A stretch of 64,000 bases of DNA from assembly GCA_963666835.2 (NCBI GenBank), contig CAXXGO010000006.1, positions 1,792,001 through 1,856,000 on the forward strand, written 5' to 3'. Shown here in pieces: positions 48,554-59,604 of the stretch (positions within the stretch are counted from its first letter, which is position 1; each line of letters starts with the position of its first letter). This DNA is from Phycisphaerae bacterium (GTDB lineage: Bacteria; Planctomycetota; Phycisphaerae; UBA1845). A model generated the notes under the pieces. That model was not told the origin of the DNA. It saw nothing but the letters and a program-made list of their open reading frames with translations, and did not search any database. The translations under genes and the position numbers were made by a program.

Positions 48554-51181
48554 CTACGGCCACGCGAGGCTCGTCTGATACGCGGCCCAATCGAATAGAT
48601 CGCAGTCGCCGTCGCTGTCGAAGTCTGCCAGGGCGCAGCAACGATTCTCATAGAGCGTCGGCATACAGGGCGGGTCCGCACAAGGGGCGGTGGCACACGC
48701 GGCGATGCCGAGCCAATCATCCAGATCGATTGAGCTGTCACCGTCGATGTCCCCTATCTCGCATTCGTCGGGGGTTTCGTTGAGGTTGCAGTCCAGGCTG
48801 GTTCCTCTCGACCGATAGGTGACGACGACGGATACATAGGTCTCGTTGGAACATCCTTCGGGGTTCACTGCGTCGGTTGGCACCAGGTGGATCACCGCGT
48901 CATTGTCGTTGACGATACTCTCGAACACGTCGGGGGCGATGATCAACTCGTCGGTATCAGGAGTGGCGGGGCAGTCCGTCAGATCGCCGGTGAAGACCGC
49001 GCCGACGGTCGTTCCGTTGATATCCACGTTGATGCACTCGCCTGCTCCGCCGGCTAAGTCGGCGTAGGCGGTGAACGAGAGGGTCACGTCGGTGTCAGGT
49101 GGTGGGGGATCATCGAGCGTGAAGGACTGCTCCGCTCCCACCCCGATCGGCGAGAGCCGGCCCGAAGATACGCGAAAATCGTGGCCGACATCACATTCAT
49201 CCGGTGAACCGTTGTTGTTGCAATCCGGGCTCAAGGCCGTGGATATGTCACACTCGTCGGGAACGTCGTTGCCGTTGCAGTCGGAGGCGGTTCCCGCAGT
49301 CTCGTGGTGAACTGTAACGGTGATGAACGACGGCACCATGCAGTAGTCGGCGGTGACCCACTGAGTTGGCGCCATGCGGATTACGACCTCGCCGTCGTCA
49401 TTGGCGGCGTTGTTGAATGTCTCGGCGGGGACGACGAGCCTCTCGATGTCCGGCTCCGTCGGGCAGTCGTGAGCCCCGCTTACGAAGATGCTCCCGACCT
49501 GCCGGCGGTCGATGAAGATGTCGATCGCCTCCGCAGGGTCGCCGAGAAGATCGGCGGACGCGGAGAAAGACAGAACTACGTCGTCGATCGCCGGCGGGGG
49601 AGCAACAATCGTATGGCTCTGTTCGAAACCGTCTCCGATAGGGGAGAACACTGGAGATGTTTCAAGGAAGATGCCCCCGAACTCGCACTCGTCGGGGGTG
49701 CTGTTGAAGTTGCAGTCCTGGCTTTCGGCCGATGATAGATCGCATTCATCGGGGACTCTGTTGCGGTTGCAGTCCGAGCAACTGCCGTCACCGATTTCCA
49801 CATAATCCCAGATGTCGTTTTCATTGCAGTCCTTCAGGACAACTCCCAAGGCCTTGATACAGAAGTTAGCCGTGTGGTCCCATGAACTGTTGTCGAATTC
49901 GTACTCATACAGGTCCCGCCAGGTCGTACCCACTCGGTAGTAGCTCTCGCCCGGGCCGGACGCGGACTGTACGATAGTGCGGTAGTGCGCCCCCAGAAGC
50001 ACGGGGACATTGGACGTTCGATCGAACGGCTGCCCGCCGGCGGAGAGTTCCAGATAGACGTAGAAGTCGTCGCCTGCGAGAACCTCCAGCGGTTCGGGAA
50101 GGTCTACCGTGTGGAAACCGCGACGGGCGATGGTGTCGGTGATGGACGACAGTTCGCCGGTCAAGACGCCGTCTTCGAACTGATCGAAGACCTTAACCGT
50201 GAAGCTGACGGCGTCCTCGGCGGTGTAGAAACTGACGGCCTGCAGCAGCTCGTTCTCGGCTGCCGAGAACGCGTTGAAGGCGGTGGAGACGTCGGTCATC
50301 GTATCGCGCCAGCCGTGATAATCGTGATAATGGAAGACGTTGTACGAAGAACGCTCCACTCCGGAAAAAGACACGGCTCCCATTTCGGGTTCCGTTGCCG
50401 CCCATTTGTCATAGTAGGAGATCCAGAAGTACCCGTCGAGGCCCCAGTTTACCCCCCAACTGTTCTTGCACAGCCACGCTCCGCGGTACCAAGCCTGTGT
50501 CAACTTATTGTCATCCCAGCCGACGATGGCGACGGCGTGGTTCGGCGGGGTAGCGTCGGACGGTGATTGGTAGTGAACGAAGTCGGAATTAATGAACTGG
50601 CTATTGTAGGCCAGGCACGTGCCGATGACTCCGTTTCTCATCAGAGCGGACTTGACCACGGCCATGCCGCTGTTGTCTATCCCGATGGTGAGCCACTCGA
50701 TGTCGCGAACGTAATAGTAATGATAACCGGGATCCGACCGGGGAGGGGCCGGGTCATACTGCCCGCCGTCCGACTCGCGGACCGCGCCTTCTCCCCGGCT
50801 CAGGTAGGCGGCGGTCATGAGGTAGTCACCGCCCTGATGTACCTGGAGCCCGCCGCCGGTGGGCGGATTGGTGTCATCGTTGTTGTCGCGGTTGAAGCCG
50901 TTCCACCAATCGAGATGATACTCGGCCAGGTCCGGTACGCCCGGCTCCCCGGCGATCAGCCAGGCATCCGTCATAAGGAGGTTCCCCTCCATGGCCGCCA
51001 TGGCCCCGTGCGTCCAGCAGGTACCGCCCGTTTGGTCTTTGACGGGCGTCACATAGTTGACACCGTCGACGTCCCGCAGGTCGAACGCGGACGGCAGGTC
51101 GTCGGCCGCAGTGTGCGCGGCGGCCACCACGGGTGCAAACATTAGGAACGTTCGGATTCGGAAAGCGGTTCTCATCGTCAT
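48554..51181 (-). CDS. Papain-like (C1A) cysteine peptidase with a lectin-like domain and Cys/Ca-binding repeats
   Basis: [39 protein letters not shown]; DCNxN..PDEC repeats; C-terminal dockerin-like DxDGD motifs. Confidence 0.9.
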   Translation of the reverse strand: MTMRTAFRIRTFLMFAPVVAAAHTAADDLPSAFDLRDVDGVNYVTPVKDQTGGTCWTHGAMAAMEGNLLMTDAWLIAGEPGVPDLAEYHLDWWNGFNRDNNDDTNPPTGGGLQVHQGGDYLMTAAYLSRGEGAVRESDGGQYDPAPPRSDPGYHYYYVRDIEWLTIGIDNSGMAVVKSALMRNGVIGTCLAYNSQFINSDFVHYQSPSDATPPNHAVAIVGWDDNKLTQAWYRGAWLCKNSWGVNWGLDGYFWISYYDKWAATEPEMGAVSFSGVERSSYNVFHYHDYHGWRDTMTDVSTAFNAFSAAENELLQAVSFYTAEDAVSFTVKVFDQFEDGVLTGELSSITDTIARRGFHTVDLPEPLEVLAGDDFYVYLELSAGGQPFDRTSNVPVLLGAHYRTIVQSASGPGESYYRVGTTWRDLYEYEFDNSSWDHTANFCIKALGVVLKDCNENDIWDYVEIGDGSCSDCNRNRVPDECDLSSAESQDCNFNSTPDECEFGGIFLETSPVFSPIGDGFEQSHTIVAPPPAIDDVVLSFSASADLLGDPAEAIDIFIDRRQVGSIFVSGAHDCPTEPDIERLVVPAETFNNAANDDGEVVIRMAPTQWVTADYCMVPSFITVTVHHETAGTASDCNGNDVPDECDISTALSPDCNNNGSPDECDVGHDFRVSSGRLSPIGVGAEQSFTLDDPPPPDTDVTLSFTAYADLAGGAGECINVDINGTTVGAVFTGDLTDCPATPDTDELIIAPDVFESIVNDNDAVIHLVPTDAVNPEGCSNETYVSVVVTYRSRGTSLDCNLNETPDECEIGDIDGDSSIDLDDWLGIAACATAPCADPPCMPTLYENRCCALADFDSDGDCDLFDWAAYQTSLAWP

Positions 51182-51697
51182 ATCCCCCAAAGATGATTGA
51201 TGCGTCGCTGCGCAGTCACCCCTTGCCGACGGCGGGTCGCCCACGCCGCCCGGCGAGAGCGGATCTGCGCACGTTCGAACCGCGGCTCGCCTGACTTGCC
51301 GAAAGGGCCACCACCCCCGCAGAAGACCCTTCGACCCCAACCATCGAGCCGAGCGTCTATTATATAGCAGAACGCGGGCGACGCGAGAGATTTCCCCGAG
51401 ATTGAGGGGCAGCGGCGAAATCGTCGTGCCCCGGAAAAGCCTTCGCATGACGGAACCGAATCAAGCAAGGCTCTGGTGGGCGCTTACCGCGCAAAGGCCA
51501 AGCGTGATTCGCCCGCAGAGGCCCAGCCCCCGCTGAAACAGCCCTGGCGGTGTCATGAAACGGGGTGGTTCCCGTGTCCCCGGGGCGGGGGCGATTCCGC
51601 CGAGGCAAGCGTTGGCTACATTGCGAACAAAAAAGACAGCCCGACGTCACAGGCAGCCTCGCAGCGCAGCCATCCGCACGTAACGCAGGCTTCCTGC

Positions 51698-53234
51698 CAA
51701 TAATGTCCGGAACCCGTTGATTTCACGGCGGATCCGGGCTCGCTGGCGTGAGCCGCGAGCTGAGGCGGTGCGCGGGCGGCGCAGGCCCCGTGGAGCGACG
51801 GGCGCAAGCTGCCTTACTCGGCGCATACCGATAGCCGCGCTGGTCGGGCTGCGGACCGGCGCGGAACGCTACTTCCTGTTTTTTTCGCGTTGCCGTTCGG
51901 CGGCGCGGCGGCGTTCACGACGCCGTCGCTCAGCAATCTCGAACGATCCTTGCCGCGGCATTAACCCGGAAACTACGGCTGAGACAATCACAAAGTCGTA
52001 TTTCGATGGCCGCGAGCCAGTCTCGACCGCGATCAGCAGCAACGCCACCATCATCACGTAGACCTGCACGGTCATCCCGGATTCGTCTTCCGAGAAGAAA
52101 TGCTGGAAACTCGCAGAACTCTTCAGCCATCGGAAGAACAGCTCTACTTGCCACCGGTGCTGGTAGATCAGCGCGATCATCCAGGCCGGGATGTCCAACA
52201 AGTCCGTAAGCAAACGCATCCGCTTCTGTTTACCTTCGCGGTCGGTGAACTCGACCACTACCTCACGTAAACGCGGTAAGTCGTGCGCCTCGGGATCAAC
52301 GCCCAAGGTAACCTCGGTGTCGATCGCAACACCTGCGGCCACATCCTCATCGCTGAGCGGTTTGACCCTTACGGAATTGGTATGCACGTTCTTACGCAAA
52401 CGCACGACGAAGGAACTCTTGACCTTAATGATTTCCTCGAGGAGGCCATACGATTGAAAACCGCGGTCCATGACGTACAGGCAATCGGGCTCAAGATGCG
52501 TTCCGAGCACCTTGGCTTCACGCATCTGTCCATCCGTGACCGTGCAACATTCGGGAACGCCCTTGAGGACATCGAAATCGACGTGCACGCGGATCTGGCC
52601 CTTACGGACCCCCTTCTTCTCGGATTGGTTGTACAACGCCCAGGCGATTCGCGGAGCCACCGCGAAGAAGGTGCCGTCGACGGCCAGGAGCTTCTGTGTC
52701 AGGCTATCCAGGCGGTTGTCATGTGGTTGGATGTCGGCACGCTCCACAAGCGAGTCGATCAACGGCAGCAGTAGGGCCGGGTCGAAGATCTTCTGGGCGT
52801 CGGAGACTGTGCTCTTGGGCATCCGAGGGATTCCATACCGCTTTCGAATCCGAGGATGTTCGAAGAGATCCTCGATGCTGCGCAGGCCTGTAACCGACGG
52901 GTTGAAGAAGGCCAACAGGTGAGCCACCACCAGTTGATCGTAGAACACGTCCCGGTTGGCGTGGGCCGGCTGGTCATGGAGGTGTTCGAGGTAGTCTTCG
53001 ATCAGTCGTGTGTAGCGGATTCCGATCAAATCGGGCGGCAACTTGGCCCGGCGCGCACGCCTTTTGCGCTTCTCCTCTGCTTTCTGGGCTTTCTTTCGCC
53101 TGCGCGTCATCGTGCCCAGAGTAGAGCACAAAGTGAGGCTGGGCGCAAGTTTGGTTTATGTTAGGTTGGCTGCACGCCTTCTGAGGGCCCGCGCCCACCG
53201 CCCCGAACTCCCCCGAGAATCCCGGACACTATTG
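51698..53234 (-). mobile_element. IS4-family insertion sequence
   Basis: Terminal inverted repeats CAATAATGTCCGG (51698-51710) and CCGGACACTATTG (53222-53234) enclose a single transposase gene. Confidence 0.85.
51869..53110 (-). CDS. IS4-family DDE transposase
   Basis: AVDGT, VMDRGF, FVVRL and YQHRWQVELFFRWLK (YREK motif). Confidence 0.92.
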   Translation of the reverse strand: MTRRRKKAQKAEEKRKRRARRAKLPPDLIGIRYTRLIEDYLEHLHDQPAHANRDVFYDQLVVAHLLAFFNPSVTGLRSIEDLFEHPRIRKRYGIPRMPKSTVSDAQKIFDPALLLPLIDSLVERADIQPHDNRLDSLTQKLLAVDGTFFAVAPRIAWALYNQSEKKGVRKGQIRVHVDFDVLKGVPECCTVTDGQMREAKVLGTHLEPDCLYVMDRGFQSYGLLEEIIKVKSSFVVRLRKNVHTNSVRVKPLSDEDVAAGVAIDTEVTLGVDPEAHDLPRLREVVVEFTDREGKQKRMRLLTDLLDIPAWMIALIYQHRWQVELFFRWLKSSASFQHFFSEDESGMTVQVYVMMVALLLIAVETGSRPSKYDFVIVSAVVSGLMPRQGSFEIAERRRRERRRAAERQREKNRK

Positions 53235-53471
53235 GCATCTTGCCTGCAGTATGACGCACACGCAGAACGACGCTTACGTGCCTTCGGAACGGATTGCCGT
53301 GTGGTTGCCTGATGATATTAGGTCTTCGCGCGATATGCGTTGTCGCGGCAGGTCTCGTTCCTCGACCGTGCCCTACGGGTGGCACCTCGCATCGTCGCAG
53401 GTCTTCTGCCTCGATGCTGATCTACGGGGCTGATACGCCCGGGGGGCGTTCGTGACCCTTGTGGGATTGCT

Positions 53472-54719
53472 CTAACGCCGCCTCATTGGTTGGGCTTGTC
53501 CGTACGTCAGGGTCCGCCAGAGCCACTCGAACGGGCCGAACCGGTAGTAACGAAGCCACACCGCTGACACCACAATTAACGTCACCCAGATAGCTATGGT
53601 GATCCCGGCTTGCCCGGTTCGCTCCACTTTGCCGAACAGGCCGAATCCGTGGCCGTAGAAAAGCGTGGTGCAGATGATAGTCTGCAGCAGGTAGTTGGTT
53701 AGTGCCATCCGCCCGACGGATGCCAGCGGCTTGGTTATGGCGGTTATAGCACCCGTTCGGCAAACGAGCATGACGGTGCCGACCCATCCCAGGCTGACCA
53801 GGAGACTTCCCCAGTAGTTGTATTGCGAGCCCCGGAACAACGAATATTGCATGTCCCACCCGGCCGCGAAGTTGCTTTGAACCCCGAGCAGGATGATCGG
53901 AATACCCGCGCCGAGGCCCACGGCGATCATCACGAGGTACTCTGCGGTGGAGCGCCGGGCACTGAATACGCCGAGCTTGAACAGCCCCATGCCGATCAGC
54001 ATGAGCCCCCCGGCCCGCCAGAACACGTGAAGGGCAAGCATAAAAGTCTGGACCGCAATCGAGGTTAACGCCCGATGGGGCATCTGGTGCAGCCAACCGC
54101 CGCGATAGGTGTCCAGTTGCACGGCGATGGTCTCGGCGCTGGGAGCCCAACTGTCGACGAACCCCTCGATGGCTTTCTCGGGCCAGTAGGGTATCGACAA
54201 TCCGAGCAGAGTCCAGATTCCAGCGCCGACGGCGACGGTTAGAAGCCCCACGGTTATCAACGAACGAGCTCGCCAGTGCCGCGCCAGGTAGATGAGAAAA
54301 CCGCTCATGGCATAAGCGAAGAGGATGTCCCCGTACCACAGAAGATATGCATGGAGTAGGCCGAACCCCAGCAGGATGGCCATGCGGCGGTAATGGACCC
54401 CGGCCGTGTATTGCCCGGAGGCTTCGCGTCTCGAAGTCATCAGCACGATGCCGGCTCCGAAGAGCATGCTGAAGATGGTCATGAACTTCTGATCGGCGAC
54501 GACGTGCCCGACTACCCACACGACGTAGTTGGCCCCGTTGAGATCGCCGTAGGCGGTAGGGTTCATATACGCCGCGTCGATCATCGAGAACGACTGGATG
54601 TTCATAATCAGGATGCCGAGGATGGCGAAGCCGCGAAGCACGTCAATCGAGGCGATCCGCTCTTGCTCGGTGACCGGACCAGTGTTCGACGGTAACAGAT
54701 CGGTGCTGCTCAAGAGCAT
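53472..54719 (-). CDS. DUF418/YeiB-family membrane protein
   Basis: RIASIDVLRGFAILGILIMN, KFMTIFSMLFG, GDIL, VGRMALTNYLLQ, GPFEWLWRTLTY. Confidence 0.92.
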   Translation of the reverse strand: MLLSSTDLLPSNTGPVTEQERIASIDVLRGFAILGILIMNIQSFSMIDAAYMNPTAYGDLNGANYVVWVVGHVVADQKFMTIFSMLFGAGIVLMTSRREASGQYTAGVHYRRMAILLGFGLLHAYLLWYGDILFAYAMSGFLIYLARHWRARSLITVGLLTVAVGAGIWTLLGLSIPYWPEKAIEGFVDSWAPSAETIAVQLDTYRGGWLHQMPHRALTSIAVQTFMLALHVFWRAGGLMLIGMGLFKLGVFSARRSTAEYLVMIAVGLGAGIPIILLGVQSNFAAGWDMQYSLFRGSQYNYWGSLLVSLGWVGTVMLVCRTGAITAITKPLASVGRMALTNYLLQTIICTTLFYGHGFGLFGKVERTGQAGITIAIWVTLIVVSAVWLRYYRFGPFEWLWRTLTYGQAQPMRRR

Positions 54720-54916
54720 GCTCCAGTACTTCGGTGCTTGGTGTTAGTCGTGCCGCACGACAATTGTACGGGCCGATCAGCAACAAGGCGACAAGTTGTT
54801 CAGGTAAGGAACAGTCCGATGTTGTGTGGCGGTGGTCAGCAACCCGGTGTCGCCCGTCGGACCAGATCCGGGATGTAGGTATGTTCTCGCCCGACGTGCG
54901 TTATCGCGCAGGTCTC

Positions 54917-55188
54917 GTAGCGCAGGCATCTTGCCTGCAGAATGATGCGTAACATACTGTATTGCGGCAGGTCTCGTACCTCGACCTGCCCTACGGGGTT
55001 TCGCGGCGGCTTCGTAGCGCAGGCATCTTGCCTGCAGTGTGATGCGCAACGCGCGGTATTGCGGCAGGTCTCGTACCTCGACCTGCCCTACGGGGTTTCG
55101 CGGCGGCTTCGTAGCGCAGGCATCTTGCCTGCAGTGTGATGCGCAACGCTCGGTATTGCGGCAGGTCTCGTACCTCGACCTGCCCTAC
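54917..55188. repeat. Tandem cluster of GTAG-type REP-like palindromes, three units with 97-bp period
   Basis: GTAGCGCAGGCATCTTGCCTGC at 54917, 55014 and 55111 alternates with oppositely oriented GGCAGGTCTCGTACCTCGACCTGCCCTAC; related copies near 44946, 46927 and 53346. Confidence 0.85.
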
Positions 55189-55249
55189 AAGAGTGGTTTT
55201 CAGACCGTGCGCCGATGTTCTTCAACACGATGCTGGAGCGATCGGGGCG

Positions 55250-56143
55250 TCATTCTCCGGCAAGAGACAGCAGAGCCCGGATGATCCCGAGGCACTCGCC
55301 TTTCTTCTTGACGGACAATACCGGCACGGGGCTGTGCCGTATGAGCCGTTCGGTGACTTTGCCCAACAACACTCCGGCCGTCCCGGTGCGCCCGCGAGCC
55401 CCGATTACAACCAGGTCAGTCGCGTCGGCGGTTACCTCGTCCAGAATGACGGGTGCGGGCTTACCGTGAAGGTCGGGCACGCACTTGCATTGAACGGTTG
55501 TAGTGTTGGCGTCCACTCTTCCGAGAAGGTCGTCGCACTCGCGCTGGGCGGCGGTGTCGAGCAGGGCTTCGTGTTCTTCAAGTGAGGTGCCGACGCGCGA
55601 GTACCCCGGATGGACTTGGAATACGTTCAGTGCGGTGACGGACGCTTTTGCCGCCGCCGAGATGGCGCACGCCACGTCGAGAGCGTTCGCCGAACACTCC
55701 GAGTCGCGGACCGGCACCAGGATTCTGTTGATCTTCACCGGGGCGTTTTCTGGAAGGACCAACACGGAGCAGGTGGCCTTACGCGTGACGCGACGCGGCA
55801 GCAGTGCTTCCTCGTCAGTCTCCGTTCGATCGCCGTAGTGGCGTCCGATGACGATAAGATCGATATTGCGATCATGTGCATAGCGCAGGTTCTCGAGAAG
55901 CGGCGTGCCACGGACCACAGTGCAGGAACTGGCCCACGTTCCGGACTCGGTAAGGTGAGCGGCCGCGAACGCGTCGAGGTTCCCCTGGGTGATGTCAGTT
56001 TCAGGGGGGTGATTCTCCGCAACGTGCAGGAGGTGGATCTCCCGCGCTCCGGCCAGTCGGGCGATGTTCTGGACGTAGTCCAGCATGTGAGAATCGCGTT
56101 GGAGATTGTCGATGCAAACCAGGATGCGTTCGAACCGTTTCAT
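55250..56143 (-). CDS. Universal stress protein with tandem Usp domains
   Basis: MKRFERILVCID...DLIVIG...CSVLVLP; second domain RILVPV...DLVVIGARGRTG...LLGKVTERLIRHSPVPVL. Confidence 0.9.
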   Translation of the reverse strand: MKRFERILVCIDNLQRDSHMLDYVQNIARLAGAREIHLLHVAENHPPETDITQGNLDAFAAAHLTESGTWASSCTVVRGTPLLENLRYAHDRNIDLIVIGRHYGDRTETDEEALLPRRVTRKATCSVLVLPENAPVKINRILVPVRDSECSANALDVACAISAAAKASVTALNVFQVHPGYSRVGTSLEEHEALLDTAAQRECDDLLGRVDANTTTVQCKCVPDLHGKPAPVILDEVTADATDLVVIGARGRTGTAGVLLGKVTERLIRHSPVPVLSVKKKGECLGIIRALLSLAGE

Positions 56144-56919
56144 GATGAGGTGTCCTTCTCTAGCGATTGCGAGCCGACCCAGACGGAAAGGTCGAGGGCC
56201 GATCTTAGCCTCAGGACCGGGGAGGCTGCAACGTACGCTGCTCCGCAACGAAGACGCATCCCCAAGGATGTAGCGGAAAGTTGTGGGTCTGACATTGACT
56301 AGCGCATCGCGACTAGCAGCGGTCCGAGTCTGATCCACGCCGTGTGCCGTAACGCGAGGTTTGCCCTTACCCGGACCGTTACGCTGTAACGAGGGATCGC
56401 GGCTACCGGGATCTCCATTGGCCGAGGCGGCGGTCGTCCGCATGCTGGTTCGAACGGGTGATACTCCGCAACCAGAGTCTCATGACGCGGCTGCGGCTCC
56501 GCATATCGATAGGGTTACGGTTTTCGATTGGGGTGGGGGCGGTGTGCAGTGTGGGTGTACTTTCGCTTTCTGGACAGGGCTGGAGTCTCGGGTAGGCTGG
56601 ACGACCGCGTCATTTGCGCAGAATTCTGCGGGTCGCTGTTGCGGGATTCCGGCGATGGGCGCGGGGGTCAGTGGAGTTTGGGGTATTACCGCGGTGAGTG
56701 GGCCGCGAGGCCGGCTCGTGGTTCGCGGGGTCGCCCGTTGGGGCTACGGAGCGCGGGGGAGAGCCCATCCCGCCGCCTGTTCGGGCGGGAGTTCTGCTTG
56801 ACTTGGGGACGTCGTCCCAGCATACTGCGCGGGTGCATCGCGTCGATCGGGCTCGCGTTGTACGGAAACAGCGTTTGTTTCAGCGGGTCTGTCCGGTGTG
56901 CGAGTATAAGGTTGTGGCC

Positions 56920-57123
56920 ATGCAGGGTACCGTCAAGTGGTTCAATGACACCAAGGGTTTCGGGTTCATTACTCCCTCAGATGGAGGCGCTGACGTTTTC
57001 GTTCACTATAGCGACATCGACGGCGAAGGACGCAAGACGCTTCGCGAGGGCGACCGCGTCGAGTTCGAAACTACTCAGGGTGAGCGAGGGCCCAAGGCAA
57101 CCACAGTCCGGACAATCGAATAG
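56920..57123 (+). CDS. Cold-shock protein (CspA family)
   Basis: [17 protein letters not shown]...DVFVHYS; RNP1 and RNP2 motifs; 67 aa. Confidence 0.95.
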   Translation: MQGTVKWFNDTKGFGFITPSDGGADVFVHYSDIDGEGRKTLREGDRVEFETTQGERGPKATTVRTIE

Positions 57124-57159
57124 CCGGTATTAGGATTAACCACCCCCGGCGGGCCGCGG

Positions 57160-59487
57160 CTATGCCGGGCGGTGTGTTTTGGATCCGGGCGTACGTTCTA
57201 TAGTTACCGGTCCACGATGGGCCGGAGGGTCTCCGTACGTCTCGGCAAAAACACCAGCGGCCTGTTCCTGTCCTACTCTTGCGGGATCGTCGGGATCCGA
57301 CCCTATTACGAGTTCGCTGGCGCCCTTTTGTTCGCGGGTATTGCGCTGAAGCCACAGGGTCTGCGTCGGGAAGGCGAATTCCACGCCGAGTTTGCGGGCG
57401 AGGCGCAGGATGTCCAGGAACAGCATGTGTCGTTCGCGCAGCTCAGTACTCCAATCGGGCGCCTCGAAGAAGATATAGAGCAGGATGTCCAGCGACGAGG
57501 CCGCGAACTTGTTGAAGTAGACGTGGTAGTAGTCTTTGCGGGTGTATGGGTGGAGGCGGACCAGTTCGCGGATGCCTTCGCAGAAGGCGTCGATCTTCTC
57601 CGGCGGGGTCGAATAAGTGACCGAGAGCATTATCTTGGCCCGGCGGTACTGGCGGGCTCCGAAGTTGTCGATCGTGGCACTCATCAAGCCCGAGTTAGGT
57701 ACGACGACCTGAGAGTTGTAGAAGGTCCGCACGCGCGTGCTGCGGAAGCCGACGGATTCGATCGTGCCCTCTATGTCTCCGATCAACACCCAATCCCCAA
57801 CCTTGAAGGGCCGATCTATGATCACCGTGAGTGAGCCGAAGAGATTCTTCAACGTGTCCTGGGCGGCGAGAGCCAGGGCCAAGCCTCCCAATCCCAGCCC
57901 GGCCAGAAGCTGAAACGGCGGCTCCTCCGTGAACTGCTGAACGACAAACAGCACGCCGAGAACCGTCACCAGGATTTTGGCGGACTTGCGCGCGAACGGT
58001 ACCAGCAGATCGTCCACGGTGGTGCGGGTGGTTTCGGCCAGCGATTTGAAGTAGTCGGCCAGCAGGTCCACTGCTCGATAGACCGTCCAGACCACCGCCC
58101 AGCAGGCGACGAACTTCACCGCGTACATAAGGACGGCCAGTACCTGCGGGGGGAGGGTCAGTTGCTGCAATCCCCAATAGCAGATGCCGGTTTGGACGAG
58201 AATTCCGACCGGCCTGAAGGACTTCACTTGGACCTGTTGATCGACGGACGCGCTCTTGTGTTTGAGCCAAAGGCGGGTGACGCCGTGCATGATCGTAGTG
58301 ACCAGCCAATGCGCCGCGGTGCCCAGTAACGCCAGGACAACCAGCCCCAGCCACTGCCAGTGGGCCAATAGGAACCAGGTGTTGCGCAGCCCGTCGGGGA
58401 TGTGTTTTCGCATTCGCATCGAAAACGAGCGGGGGGCGGCTGCTCCGGGGTCGGTTTCTTGGACATCTTCGCCGGCCGCGCGGCGCGCCGCTATCTTCTG
58501 CTCAGCCTGTGCCTCCAGCGTGTCATAAAGATCTGCGATTCCCTTGACGGTCGTCTTCGTGAAGAGCCAGCAACCCTGGCGATCGCCTTGATTCTGGCGA
58601 GCGATGACAATAACTCCGGCATCATCCTGTCGGAAAATATAGGGCTTGCCGTCGGGAGTATCGGGAATCAACGGGAGGGCCACGTCTTTGGTCCGGACGA
58701 TGGATCCCTGCAGGAATCCGACCAAATCCCTGCCGGTTTCGCCCCGACTTACCACGGGGATCTCGGATAGGTCCAGGCACTTGGCCGCATCGTCGGGCCG
58801 ATCGCTCTTCATCGCATCCAGAAAGCTGCGCATCGTTGCGCGGGCTGAGCGATACTCTGCGGGCACTTCGGAAACGGCTGCTGCAGTGGTCGAGGCCGGC
58901 GTTGACTTGACCGGAGCCGGCTTCTCGATGACCGGCTTAGCTGCGGGTGGAGCCTCTCGCGACGCAACCTCGATCGCTTCCAGGGATTGCCGCGTGAAAC
59001 GCCAGATGTCGTCCTCTTGCGGCTCGATCCGGACTATGGGGTCCGTCTCATGGAAGATGTATGGTTGCCCCTGCGGATCGTCGGGGATCAGTTCCAACTC
59101 TACGGCGTGAGCTACGATGAACTCCTTGAGTATAGAAGCAAGCTTGCGGCCTTGCAGTGCTCGACCGTCTTCCGGGAGTTCTTCCAGTCCGGTCAGGTCC
59201 ATGCACGCCAGCGCGTCGGCGTAGCGTTCGACCTGACCGCGTTCCGCCTCGTCTACCGCGCTGAGGAACGTCGCCATCGTGGCCCGCGGACTGCTCCGAT
59301 CCAGCGACTCGGCCGCTGCCTGAGGAGGTTGACCGGTATCGGTAGGTTGAGTTCCTTCTGTTTGTCCCGGGGCCGGATTCGCGTCAGCCGGACGGACGGG
59401 CACTTGGGCGAGCGTGTTCAGTGGGATTGCGGCGAATCCCGCCATCCATACAGAGAATCCGATCAATAGTCGCGGTTTTTTGTTCAT
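57160..59487 (-). CDS. Small-conductance mechanosensitive channel (MscS family) with a large periplasmic N-terminus
   Basis: LAGLGLGGLALALAAQDTLKNLFGS...DRPFKVGDWV...GFRSTRVRT...VPNS; duplicated SPRATM/SARATM N-terminal domain. Confidence 0.92.
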   Translation of the reverse strand: MNKKPRLLIGFSVWMAGFAAIPLNTLAQVPVRPADANPAPGQTEGTQPTDTGQPPQAAAESLDRSSPRATMATFLSAVDEAERGQVERYADALACMDLTGLEELPEDGRALQGRKLASILKEFIVAHAVELELIPDDPQGQPYIFHETDPIVRIEPQEDDIWRFTRQSLEAIEVASREAPPAAKPVIEKPAPVKSTPASTTAAAVSEVPAEYRSARATMRSFLDAMKSDRPDDAAKCLDLSEIPVVSRGETGRDLVGFLQGSIVRTKDVALPLIPDTPDGKPYIFRQDDAGVIVIARQNQGDRQGCWLFTKTTVKGIADLYDTLEAQAEQKIAARRAAGEDVQETDPGAAAPRSFSMRMRKHIPDGLRNTWFLLAHWQWLGLVVLALLGTAAHWLVTTIMHGVTRLWLKHKSASVDQQVQVKSFRPVGILVQTGICYWGLQQLTLPPQVLAVLMYAVKFVACWAVVWTVYRAVDLLADYFKSLAETTRTTVDDLLVPFARKSAKILVTVLGVLFVVQQFTEEPPFQLLAGLGLGGLALALAAQDTLKNLFGSLTVIIDRPFKVGDWVLIGDIEGTIESVGFRSTRVRTFYNSQVVVPNSGLMSATIDNFGARQYRRAKIMLSVTYSTPPEKIDAFCEGIRELVRLHPYTRKDYYHVYFNKFAASSLDILLYIFFEAPDWSTELRERHMLFLDILRLARKLGVEFAFPTQTLWLQRNTREQKGASELVIGSDPDDPARVGQEQAAGVFAETYGDPPAHRGPVTIERTPGSKTHRPA

Positions 59488-59544
59488 GGCACGCGGATGT
59501 TACACCATCCGGTGCGGACGATCCACGGATCGACCATTGCATAG

Positions 59545-59574
59545 AAAACGGGGCTCGCCGTAGCGGAGCCCCGT
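59545..59574 (-). terminator. Probable intrinsic terminator after clpC
   Basis: The minus strand reads ACGGGGCTC-CGCTACGGC-GAGCCCCGT followed by TTT, about 30 nt after the clpC stop. Confidence 0.65.
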
Positions 59575-59604
59575 CTCTTATCCTCAGTTGCGGCGCCGTC
59601 GCCG

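Noticed and set aside
54917..55188. Second CRISPR array
   Set aside because: The intervening sequences are near-identical rather than unique, there are only three units, and single copies are dispersed; this is REP-like.
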